Source: Antedon mediterranea (lineage: Eukaryota; Animalia; Echinodermata). Taken from it: a stretch of 64,000 nt of DNA. The notes beneath the pieces are model-generated. The model saw only the letters and a program-made list of their open reading frames with translations, was not told the origin of the DNA and made no database searches. Positions 53,101 through 64,000 of this stretch are shown in pieces; the stretch's first letter is position 1, and every line of letters starts with the position of its first letter. The stretch lies in the NCBI RefSeq assembly GCF_964355755.1, contig NC_092677.1:9508101-9572100 (forward strand). Direction: 5' to 3'. The position numbers were made by a program, and so were the translations under genes.

Positions 53101-56100
53101 AAACTCACGTGAGCAACGTGTTATTATTGAAGGAACTACCAGTCCTTGGGTGACCATTACAGCAGGAGTACCCCAAGGATCTGTTTTGGGTCCATTTTTA
53201 TTTATTGTATTCATAAATGATATGGTTGATAATATCAAATCTAATATTAGTTTATATGCAGATGATACTTCGTTATATGATATTTGTACAGATCGTAATA
53301 TTTCAGAACAAAAATTAAATGGTGATCTTAATGTCATTTATAATTGGGCAAAAAAATGGAAAGTAACATTCAATGCTAACAAAACGAAAGCTATACTGTT
53401 TACACGTAAACATTTAGATAACTATGTTAGTTTAAATTTCAATAATGTAAATCTACAATTTGTAAATGATCATAGGCATCTTGGTGTAATGCTTAATGCA
53501 AAACTCAAGTGGGATTCCCATATCCAATCTGTAATTAACAAAGCGTCTTTATCTTTAAATATGCTACGTCGTGTCAAACATATTCTACCTCGACAGGCTC
53601 TCTGTCACATTTACATATCACACGTTAGACCATTAATGGAATATGCAGCTCCTGTTTGGTGTAATATCCCAGATAAATTAAGTGATGAACTAGAAAATAT
53701 CCAGATTTCTGCAGGTAGAATATGTACTGGTGCGTGGAAACATACAAGTCATAATGCATTAAGACAAGAATTAGGCTGGTTATCATTGGAAAAACGTAGA
53801 CAATTTCTTAACCTAATACTGTTTTTTAAAATTATTCATAAGTTAACACCGGTGTATCTTTACTCCTTATTTAATTTTTCTGACAATATTGAAGTTTATA
53901 ACTTGCGTAACATCCGAAATATAATAATTCCATTTTGTAAGACCACATCATATCGTTTATCTTTTGTCCCATCTATTATAACACATTGGAATGAGTTAAA
54001 TAATGAAATAAAAAATTCCTCATTTCTTGTTGAGTTTAAAAAATTGCTACTGAAATCCAATTTGTTTGAAACAAAAAAACGTTCTTATTATGATACAGGT
54101 GATAAGAAGATTAACCAAATTCACACTAGAATCCGACTTGGTTTCAGCTGTCTCAATTCGCATTTATTCTTACATGGACTTCGGGACAATCCAAATTGTA
54201 CTTGTGGCTTTAATGTTGAGAATCCGCTTCATTTCTTATGTTACTGCCCTAATTATAATACACAAAGAGATATTCTACTTGTAAGCGCTAACTCAATTAT
54301 TGAGGATATCTTAGCCAAGGATTTTTCTTTAACATTTAATTTTACATTTTTAAGTGAAATTTTTATTTTTGGTTCCGATCTTCTTTCGAATTGTGAAAAT
54401 GCTTTATTATTTTATTATGTACAACAATTTCTTGTTAATTCTGGAAGATTTAATTGATGTTTCTGTTAGTTGTTTTAAAATGTTGTATTTGTTAATCTGA
54501 GGCGCCTTGAAGCTAAGATGGTTCCATCTTGTAAGGCGCCTCTGTGTAATATACTGAATAAAAAAAAAAAAAAAAAAAAAATTAAATTACTCACTGCATG
54601 TATAAGTGATGAATTGTCATAGGACTTTCCAGAAGTCTTCCAAAGAACAGCTATCACAGCTCCTGCTAAGATGCTACTGGTTCCAAGTCCTACAAGACAA
54701 AATAAATATAAATATATGTGTATTCATCCAGTGCAAGAAATATTTTGTCAAGTGAAGTTGTAGCTTGATCTGGGTCCTCGGTTCAAATCCTGATTTCTCA
54801 AGCAAAAACAACTCCACTCTCAAAGACTTTTTTAAATACTTTTTAAAAGCGCTTACCTGAACCATGGGGAAGATCTGACCAGGTGTGAAGCTCAAACCCA
54901 CCACCGTATTGTGACTGGAGCTGATCAGCAAGTGAAATGCTTGATGGAAATTCTACAAGTTCTGCGCAGATGAATGCTGCTTTCAGAAGAGCACCTATAA
55001 TATGAAAATTAATATGCAAATATGCAGTGAAAGGTATAATGAAAATTAATTTCAGGTGATGAGGTAGACCAGTACAATATTAAAGTGCACCTGTATGCTA
55101 TTCAAAAAGACCTGTACACAAGTACACCTGTAACACTATTAAAAGACACCTGTACACCTGTATACTATTCAAAAAGACCTGTACACAAGTACACCTGTAA
55201 CACTATTAAAAGACACCTGTACACCTGTATACTATTCAAAAAGACCTGTACACAAGTACACCTGTAACACTATTAAAAGACACCTGTATACTAATCAATT
55301 AATTATACAACTTCAACACATACCTGGGGCTTGTGGATTATTGTAATCCTGTAGATCACTTAAAACATTGCACTCGATATGAACACTATGATTATTGTTA
55401 CACTTTAGAACCAGAGATATATGAGGCCTGAAAAAGAAATAATTATTTACCAAAAACAGTTTTGCTAGGCGATGAGAAAGGGGTATAATTAGATAGGTCT
55501 TCACTCTCAATGTGGAGATAGTGCAAGAGTATACAGTAGTTACTAAACAAGTAAGTCCAGTGGATTAGATTTTATCTCTTTCTAAACTTAATACTACCTG
55601 GATGAATGATAATGTACATATCCGTACAAAATTAAGACTTAATAATCTCCTTACGTGTGAATTTTTTTGCACTTTGCTCCAATAGGACGTTTTCCATCCA
55701 ACTGAATTGCAGCATCGATGACCGCCCCACCGCTCTCGTACGTAATAGGTGGGGTGTCTGACCAGCCGCCAGATATGTCAATCCTTGCAGGACAAGTTGC
55801 AGTCACCCACTTCTCCATAGGTGGAGGCTCACAGGGTGAAGTTGATATAAACTTTAAAATATTTAAAAAATTAGAGATAGAGAGAGATTCTATGCACAAT
55901 CTATGTAGCATTTTAATTTTACAGGAATTTAGTTTAGTGACTAGGAGGTTATTAGGGGAACTAACTATTGCTGGAGTAGAAAATATACAATGGATTACCA
56001 CAACCTCACATCAGATGAGTGTTTACCTTACTTACCTGTCTAGCAGACATAACAGCATGTCGGATCAAGATCTGTGCAGCACCCTCATAATGTCTTGCTG

Positions 56101-59100
56101 CCCTCACTAGTGTTACAGGTTGATTCAACCAATCACCTCGAACCTTCTTTAGAAGTTTTACACCTTCTGAAATCCTTTCACTCTGAAGGAAAGAAAAGAA
56201 AATTAGAAGAAATTTCATTGTATAATTACAATATTAAGTCAACAATATGTAAAACTCACAATTACGCACCTCTAGTAGATGAAATGCTGGCTGCCATTCT
56301 GCATTTCCTGCAGGACCGCTACGAAGACCGCCCTCATTATTTGCCAAAGCTCCGAGTACGCCTGCTATACATACTAGTGTTCTGGCAGCAACTCCTTTAG
56401 ACTCGGTCGTACAAGCAACTGATTAGAAAGGAAAATCAAGAAGGTACTTAAACAGTTTAACAAATACGGTTAATTTAAGGCAAATTATATGTGGTAAAAA
56501 TCGAATCAAATTTTAATTCATTTAGCAATCTTTCAATGACAGTATAATAGTCAAGTTGATGATGTAGATTCTTCATTATTTTAAAGACAAAATTGACTGC
56601 AAACATTTAAGTTTTATCAAACCTTCATCAAGAACATCCAACAACTGACTAGCATACTTCTCAGCAACTAAACTCTTGAAGAGATTCTGAAGTCCATCAT
56701 CTGTGCCATTTTGAAGAACATCCCAGACATGTCGACGACCACTGATGTAAAATAACTCTCTACAAACAGCAACAAAATATAAGTAGTACACAGTACAGTA
56801 TCTTTTATATACCGGCGCCTTTCAATTCACGGCATGTGATTGGTCAATCACTATAGTAACTGCCATGCCGTCGAACTATAGACTGGCTAAACTGCGCATA
56901 TCTGTTTCCTCTATCTTTCTTTCAATATAACGACAGTTGCGTAGCTAGCCCTAGCCTAGCCTACGATGGTTAACTTGTGTACTGTAGATCTGACTTATTT
57001 AGAGGATTTAGTAAGCTTTACGGTCAGTTAAAATATGAAGAAACAAATAAAATTTGCTTTGGGAATATTTGTTGCATATCTGAAAGCGACAAATTAGGTG
57101 AATGTATGTAACTTTGCAAATTCAATTTATTCACTCATCGATTACATCAATTCAATTATCTCAAAAAGCAATTATCCACAAATCTACTCAGATTTCAACT
57201 AAAAAAATTTACCTTCTCCAGTCGAACTCACTAGAATGATCAATAGAACTGATGATATCTTCAAATGATAGTCTCCACGAATAGCGCCATCTAGATAGCA
57301 CGTCTGGGTCTTGCTCACCGGTAACTAACCATAAGACCTCTTTCACACCAACAGTCTTTGTGTGATGCCAAACAGGAAAGAGCTTCGCATTAAACAGTGT
57401 CTTTTCATAGTCTGACTAAAAATAAAATAATAAAAATATGCCTCTGTTTATGTTATAAATAGACATGCATGTTACAGTATATCAGGTGTTTTCAATGACA
57501 TTTAAGTGTTGAATGTGACAACTCTACAGCTTGTGTTGAATGTTTTACATCACCAAGAAAATGAGAAGCATTGTAGTCTACAGTAGTAGGGTCAATCATC
57601 AGGTCACTACTTACTATATCACATGACCATAAATCCTCAGCTGTTATACCAGTCCTGTTGCTGAACATTACCCATGGTTCATTGCAAAATAGTAACTTTC
57701 CTTTTACCAGAGGGTTCTGAAAAAGTGGTGATACAGCAAATCATTAAATTCTAATGTAACAAATTTCTCACCTTTTATAAGCTAAGTAGAGTTGAATTAA
57801 CATTATAATTATATTTATATGGTATATGGCCCAATCCCGTCATGACAGACGATAACCTCAGGTCCAAAATATTATTTAACTAAGCTAAGTACTTTCTCTG
57901 CTACGGATGAGTTCTGTTGGGTTATTTGTTAAAATATTTGTATACAGAATTTTACAAGCATCTGCAATTAGGTTTTTAACTACCCTGCCGAGTGACAAAT
58001 ACTACGAAGCAACATATGCTAATTGGTAAGCAGTTTCAAATTTAGAACGCCAGGATGTTTTGTTGGAGGAAAGAGTTTCCCAAGAACCAGTGGGAATATT
58101 AAAAGAAAACAGATCATGCTTAATAAATAACATCTTTAAAACGGTGTTTTGGACGTCTGCGTGTATTTCTAAACTATATTTAATAATTATAGTACTGTAC
58201 TAATAAACCTGTAAATGGTCCATTTTCCCCATGATAGTGTACACCTGAGTTTTCTGAGTTTGTTCACCACCAAGTTGAATGTTAAATCTCTGGAAAACCA
58301 TGCCGGTATCTAAAATTACGTTATCCTGAAATTAAAAAGAACTACATACTGTATACTTTACTGTATATTCACACACACTTGTATTAAACAACACATTAGG
58401 CTTACTTCCTCAAAATCAAGCGGAAAAGAGGTGCTTTGTCGTACACACTAATGTGGTTTTCATTTTATTTTTAGTATGAATTGTGCTGCATATAAAATGC
58501 TGCTAAAACACTCCTAAAAACCTTTATTCTTTGTAATCTCTTTCTGTTTTTTCTCTCAGTGTATAAGCACTTCATAAATCGAACAACATAACATAACATA
58601 AAATTTAACAAATGTCTAGTTCTATTTATCTAGCATTTAATGATGAGGTAATGATATATTATCAATATTATTAATAACTATAAATTGTGTATTATTTTGT
58701 TGTGACTAAATTGTATTCATTATATATTATGTCAATATACGATTTACCTCTATGTCTGTTAAGTCAATCCCATACAACACAGAACTTTTACCAATCTTCA
58801 TGTTCCCCTGATATAACAACAAATAATTGTTTCCATTCAAAATAGAATTATCTTTAAAGTGTGATGTGCCTAAATATGGTAGTGATATGCATAAATATCC
58901 TAGTGATATGACATCATCATGTCCATATATGGCCACATCACATTTTTTTGTCATATAATGTCTGGTAGTGTAGACAGAGCTTAAAATCATGTGATTAAAG
59001 GAAAGAGAATCATTTATTTCAGATGTTTTAATACAAAACAATCAGTAACAGAAAGTCTATACCTTGATTCTGCAGTGCGAGATTACAGAGTCCAAACCAA

Positions 59101-62100
59101 CTCGAATGTCCCCCTCTAGGACAGAATTAATCACTACACTCGACTCATCAACTAACTCTGGTTTCTTGAAAATGAATTTGAAATTAAAATAAATGCACAT
59201 TATAATACTGACTCAGAAATAAAAATAGGGCAGTGCTTTTAAGCCTACACAATTGTCTAGGGTTTCTAGTTCCATGATTTTGGAAAAACTGGATGTAAAA
59301 TTTATTTTATTGTGTAACTGTACCTGGATATAACAATGCTTCCTATTGGTCCACCTTAAGTACCTATCCTGGTCTGATTTCAGAGGGCAAATTGTTAAAA
59401 ATCTTCGAAATTCAGACGCATCATTAGCCAAATAGTTATAGCTACCATCTTGGAAAAGTTCTACAAAAGTAAAAAAAAAAAAAATTAATAATTAAAATCA
59501 AACCTAAAAAAGACAAATTTGCAAGTTTAAATAAAACATCAACCTTTCTATCCAGTATATACTGTAGTATCAACAACCAGTTAATAATTAAAAAATTGTT
59601 TGTTAAATTCATACTTTACATATGCCCATTGTAATTTACAGTATTTTAGCAATAAATATTAATATACCACCACCCATTGTTTTAGCTGTAATCAAGTTAT
59701 TGTCAAAAGCTCTATCTACACTATCAACTAGTTCGACAAAAAAGTGTGATGTGCCCAAATATCGTAGGGATATGCCCAAATATGGTAGTGATATGCCCAA
59801 ATATGGTAGTGATATGACATCATCATGTCTATGGGCACATTTTTTTGATATGTGTAGACAGAGCTTTATATAGTAGTGTAATTAGATAGACCTGCTTGCA
59901 ACTTAGTTCCTCTCAGATTCTTCCACATAATTGTCAGTGCTTGAATTATCTCCTTGTTCACTTCTATCTTCTGGCCGCTTCTTGGACGCCCGCCAATTCT
60001 TTTTCCCGAAATGAAATCACCTTCGTTCACGCCAATTGCCATGCACAAAAGCATATCAAAGAACAATGACATCTGTAAAGAGAATCCACTCAATATAGTT
60101 TGCTAATTGTCAATTCGTGGAAGCTTAGTGGTTTCCCTCAAACCCCAAGGTCCAGGGTTCAATCCTGACATAGTGCACATCTTGAATTTTACCGTGTATC
60201 TTGAATGTAAAATGTACTTACAGTATATACTTACTGATATTGATTTGACTCCACTGTCCAGACCCATAAATGTGCATGCATCCAGTGGTGGTAATACACA
60301 AAAGGAGGCTAGTTTTTCTGATACTCTAATCAACCAAAACAGAATAATATACTATTGAATGCATTAAACTATTGAAAAATAAAATTAGAACACTTTAAAT
60401 TACTGTTTCTATTATCAATTAAACTATTGAAGACATTATCTTTATACTTACTTTTCAGAGAAAAACACAATACCAGCGACGAGTGGAACGTTTCCGTCCG
60501 GTAGGGTACACTGTTTAAGGGTGGTTGGTGTTCCCTTGTAAATTATATCTTCTATTAATCCCTGGCCAGAAAAATAAATGCAAAGATTTAGAAAAGTACT
60601 CAGGACGAGCACATCAGAAATAAAAGATAAATGTCTTCTACTCCTATACTATTGTATTTGCAGTGCATATAGCCATGGAGTGTTTGTAAAGGGTGTTAAA
60701 CTAGACTAAAAGCAATCAATTAGATAACCTCCTATTGCCATATTTGTAAATATCATATTGTTTTTTTTGGGCAATAAAAATAAAAGTGAAATATAAATAT
60801 ATAAATATTAAAACTTTACTGAAGTTGAACTCATGACCCTGAGATTAGACCCAGGCATCTTTAAAAAAATGAAATATCAACACTTACTTCTTTACTAATC
60901 TTGTATACTCCATGATTCCTTGCATAATCTATACTGCCTGGTACTGTTATTGCACGTACACCCTGAAAATCTGTCCAGTCTAGATCCACATCTCCTGGGA
61001 TGTTTAACAGCATCTCTGTACTGCATACCCAGACACCAGGGGGAGTTTTGACGGCAATCTGAACAGTACAAACAAAAATAGCTTATTGGTATTGTCATGA
61101 ATGACCCAAGATAATAGGGGTCGAAAGGAAAAATGGGAAAGGATGTGACAATACCACAGAATATTTCCTCACCTTAAAAGTCATGAGATATAAGATATAG
61201 TCAAGGTTGCATGTAAGGGCTTCATAACCTTCATCTGCCACTGTCTGTAGGCTGACTGGTAATGTAACAAAAGCCTTACCGCAAGCATCAAATACATAAT
61301 CACGACCCTAAATTATATCAGGATAGAAAAAACAGTTTAAATAAGTATGATTCCTTAAGTATTTTATCAGCTTTATAGAGCTTTTCTAAATTTTGTAAGT
61401 CTTTGATTGACACAAAATGTAGTAATGATAATTCAATAATTACAAAGCAGTTTTCTACTGTATAAATGAAATAGTACTGGATTATAGGAATTGAAAAAAA
61501 ACTAACAGAAAATTTAATGAATTGTTATAGTTAGTGTGAATGGGAAGTTGTCGTTCTTAAGAGCCCCAAATATTCAATTTCATTTTAAGTACTGTCCTTT
61601 AAAAACAATAATAAATAGCTATTTTACCGCATGAAGAATCAAGATTCTTGCACCTGTTAAAACGTCAACGTTCAATACCTATATATAAAATATAAGGCAA
61701 AAACATCTAATCAATCAGTTAAAACTAAATTGACAATAACACTTTACATAAAAGTGATTATATCCCATACAATTAGAATACAGTAGGTAAATTTAATATT
61801 TCAAAATTGGAAGAACATTTCTATAGAAAACAAAATTTACCGTAAAGTTTTTCTTAGCGCTCAGATGCTCAGCAAGTACTAGTAGTGCGTTCAATGTTGC
61901 ACCACCGCTTCCAACACTGCCCCCTGGATCTTCGACTGTGACAATTACAACATTCTCATCGATGAGGCCCATTTTCTTGCGTATTTCAAGCTCTACAGAA
62001 TAAATGTGAATTAGAACTATTTAGAACTAGTTGAATGGTTTGATAATCTTTAACAAACTGTAGGGTTTTAGTTTTCATTCTGGAAAAACAAATTTGGTCC

Positions 62101-63282
62101 CCTAAAGATTCGCGGTTTTAAGAGAGTACAGTAAACTCTTCCAATTAAAATACTATAAACTATTTACTTATAATATTTGAATATAATTATATTATCTTAT
62201 CAATTGCCAGTTTTCAAATAAATGGAAAATAAAGTATATATGACTATGACTAAAAGTATGGATACAGTTTAAAAATAAATTAAAACACTTATATTATTAA
62301 AACATAAAAAATAATAATAAAAATAATCACACAATAGTTTGACAGTGTAGACAGGATTAGGATTAGAAAGGGAAGGATTACTGTATCAAAGTGGAATGTG
62401 GTTTTGAATGATTTTAAGCTTTTGTGAAAATGATCAATTGACACAATGTTAAAGAGATTGTTAACAAAATGACGATGAATAAAAACGTTTATAGTACAAG
62501 ACTCTATTGTACAATGACAATAAATAGGTAGGTATAAAAGGCAATCCAATTCTAAGGTACAGTGGGTTGGGATTAGTGAGCCCATTAAATTGTTATCAAA
62601 ACTATGTTAAACGGTAGCTCTAAAATTTATGTTGTAAAACTGTTGAAACAAGTATTGTGAAATCAAGCCCCTTTTTTTTTTACATTTTTTGGAAAAAATT
62701 CTTGGTTTTCAAAGAGTATTAGGAGGGTCAACTGTAAAAGTAACACCATAGGATTATTATTATGGTAATTATTAAATGAAATTTTAATAGTATCTATTGT
62801 TTTAGTAAAGATGCTACCTCGTTGGTACACTTGAGCGTCTGTCTTAGATCGACAAGTGAGTGCTATTGCGGTCCACTGTGCTCGTCTTTTCTTGTACCTC
62901 CCAGTGTTATCAATGCAGTCCAGGTGTTCCAGCTACAAAATAACATTTTAATTTGATAGTTAATTAGTATTAATATGGTACCATTTCAATGATAACACAA
63001 TATTACATTATATGTATACAAGTATTTGCAGAAGTTAAGGTAAAAAAGAAAAGAAAGCAATTTTTATGGAGGGAGGGTTTAGAGGTAAACACAAGTACTG
63101 CTTCATATTCACTGTGTTTAACATACAATACTATTTCTATCAATTTTATAATTATTTCAAAAATACAATTATGAACAAAATTACAGAAGGTTTACCAGAT
63201 TTTGAAGTCGTTTTGTTTCAGAGATCCATTCAGTAATTTCAGCCTTGTCGCTGTCACCAGCAGCAGATGTACTTCTGTCCAT
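50160..63282 (-). CDS. FCSK: L-fucose kinase (fucokinase domain plus GHMP kinase), multi-exon
   Basis: WTAIALTC...QVYQRE (62818-62932), VEDP...[20 protein letters not shown] (~61841-61992), [21 protein letters not shown] (~56035-56182), [25 protein letters not shown] (55635-55851), [60 protein letters not shown]...GAGGGGF (50389-50612), last exon 50160-50225. Putative first coding exon 63196-63282 (ATG at 63282) is less certain. Confidence 0.95.
50794..50921. mobile_element. MITE, family B (TIR AAAGCTCTGTCTACACTATCAA)
   Basis: TIRs plus a GTGTGATGTGCCCAAATATGGTAGT core; other copies at ~59707-59867 and a partial one at 58857-58983. Confidence 0.75.
51914..54579 (+). mobile_element. 5'-truncated non-LTR retrotransposon (LINE, CR1/L2 group) in an FCSK intron, antisense to the host gene
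   Basis: RT ORF, short 3' UTR with stem-loop, AATAAA-like signal and poly(A) at ~54560-54581. Candidate TSD AATTAAATTA at 51904-51913 and 54580-54589. No endonuclease domain seen; one in-frame TAA at ~52049 upstream of the long ORF. Confidence 0.9.
52133..54457 (+). CDS. LINE ORF2 remnant: reverse transcriptase with C-terminal Cys/His motif
   Basis: [57 protein letters not shown]-x-C...HFLCYC. Confidence 0.93.
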   Translation: MRPNDKPWINAHIRTLIRKRNRAHSTRNNSNSHMQRFKKIRAKVVKAIRKAKQTFLDKQFDLLMNKNCDSKTWWSTINSVCNSKQYYKIPPIKLNDDVLTLNSEKVKAFNNYFKSQSFIPNHDDFPTDFTYRTASRLSTLKLSVDEIMKLLTMLDKNKAMGPDEIHSIILIESAEIIAPHLTKLYNFCISQGYFPVEWKKSNVIPLHKKGNKSLIENYRPISILSNFTKIFERAVFDIVYKYFVDNKLLTQFQSGFTPGDSTTYQLLYLIDTFNRALDLRKEVISVFLDISKAFDKVWHNGIIYKLNQYGINGTLLKWFQSYLNSREQRVIIEGTTSPWVTITAGVPQGSVLGPFLFIVFINDMVDNIKSNISLYADDTSLYDICTDRNISEQKLNGDLNVIYNWAKKWKVTFNANKTKAILFTRKHLDNYVSLNFNNVNLQFVNDHRHLGVMLNAKLKWDSHIQSVINKASLSLNMLRRVKHILPRQALCHIYISHVRPLMEYAAPVWCNIPDKLSDELENIQISAGRICTGAWKHTSHNALRQELGWLSLEKRRQFLNLILFFKIIHKLTPVYLYSLFNFSDNIEVYNLRNIRNIIIPFCKTTSYRLSFVPSIITHWNELNNEIKNSSFLVEFKKLLLKSNLFETKKRSYYDTGDKKINQIHTRIRLGFSCLNSHLFLHGLRDNPNCTCGFNVENPLHFLCYCPNYNTQRDILLVSANSIIEDILAKDFSLTFNFTFLSEIFIFGSDLLSNCENALLFYYVQQFLVNSGRFN
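55088..55292. repeat. ~70-bp tandem repeat (about 3 copies) in an FCSK intron
   Basis: CACCTGTATACTATTCAAAAAGACCTGTACACAAGTACACCTGTAACACTATTAAAAGACACCTGTA repeated. Confidence 0.9.
59707..59867. mobile_element. MITE, family B copy with an internally triplicated 21-mer
   Basis: AAAGCTCTATCTACACTATCAA...TGTGTAGACAGAGCTTT; GATATGCCCAAATATGGTAGT-like unit repeated. Confidence 0.75.
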
Positions 63283-63430
63283 GTTAAAGTCGATGTGTGC
63301 ACGCTTTAAAATAAAATATATTCATGCACATTACTATGTTTCCCTAACATTCAATTACAGTCAAGTGAACACCTAACATTTATTGTTGAATTCATCGATG
63401 GAGAAATTGTTTACAAAGTGCAAATTGAGT

Positions 63431-63669
63431 GGAATTGTGGCTTGGTGGTTATGATGCTTGGCTACCATTCTAAGGGTCCTGGGTTCAAGTCCCGTCACAT
63501 GTCAGGATTTTTTCTAAGGACCAAATTACTCCACTCCCAAAGACTTGTAATAAGACTTTGTTTATGTAGAGCATCTTGTGTATATGTTTGTCTTGTGAAC
63601 CTCTGAGGGTCCCTAATGATCAGCAATAGCTGGATGGATCACCCTCATTAAATATGGTTTAAAAAAAAA
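63431..63669 (+). mobile_element. tRNA-derived SINE
   Basis: A box TGGCTTGGTGG and B box GGTTCAAGTCC, followed by a non-tRNA body, a tail with an inverted repeat (TGAGGGT...ACCCTCA) and an A-rich end. Degenerate heads at ~60120-60175 and ~54770-54830. Confidence 0.7.
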
Positions 63670-64000
63670 GGGACATAATAAGATGGGGTTGTAGGGGAAA
63701 TAACGCCGGCGCCACCTAACTACACACTCAGAGGGATATAATTTATAGAACTGTGAATATGTTTAGGGTCATAATTAAGTCTAAACAATTATCAATGGCA
63801 TAGGCGTATCCTGTATAATATTAGAGCCATTGTATTGCATCTATGATTCCTGCTACACTATAAAAATAAATGCTACATACTATGGTCTGTTTATTATTAT
63901 TGTGCAGTCACAAGAGAATGAGAAGGTTAAACTAATTGTATTTCTTTAAATAAACCATAGGGTCATAACCCATGCTGAATTTATAAAGTACCTTCTTTTA

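Noticed and set aside
63431-63510. Possible tRNA gene
   Set aside because: No convincing acceptor stem or poly-T terminator; it continues into a SINE-like body and A-rich tail.

Overview
AT-rich, intron-containing animal genomic DNA, most likely a marine invertebrate (inference). From left to right: (1) 0.6-15.5 kb holds a tandem array of four 3-coding-exon paralogs. Each encodes an IRF-association domain (IAD/IRF-3, SMAD/FHA fold) with no recognisable IRF DNA-binding domain. They carry different disordered appendages: an acidic N-terminus, a Leu-punctuated polyQ tail, a Q-rich tail, or a frameshift-truncated tail. Two copies retain a pLxIS-like motif, and several have NF-kB/AP-1/ISRE-like sites nearby. 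This is the most interesting system in the window. (2) An RNF41/RNF151-family RING E3 ligase. (3) virilizer/VIRMA on the minus strand, with a tandem Helentron-associated (HINE/DINE-1-like) element in intron 2. (4) A BTB-BACK-Kelch gene, head-to-head with VIRMA, in which one splice acceptor is tandemly amplified 8 times. (5) L-fucose kinase (FCSK/FUK) on the minus strand, with a 5'-truncated LINE in an intron and a minisatellite built from its own stop-codon region. MITEs, Kolobok-like elements and SINEs are scattered throughout. Gene models were assembled by hand from GT-AG sites and reading-frame phase; no database search was run.
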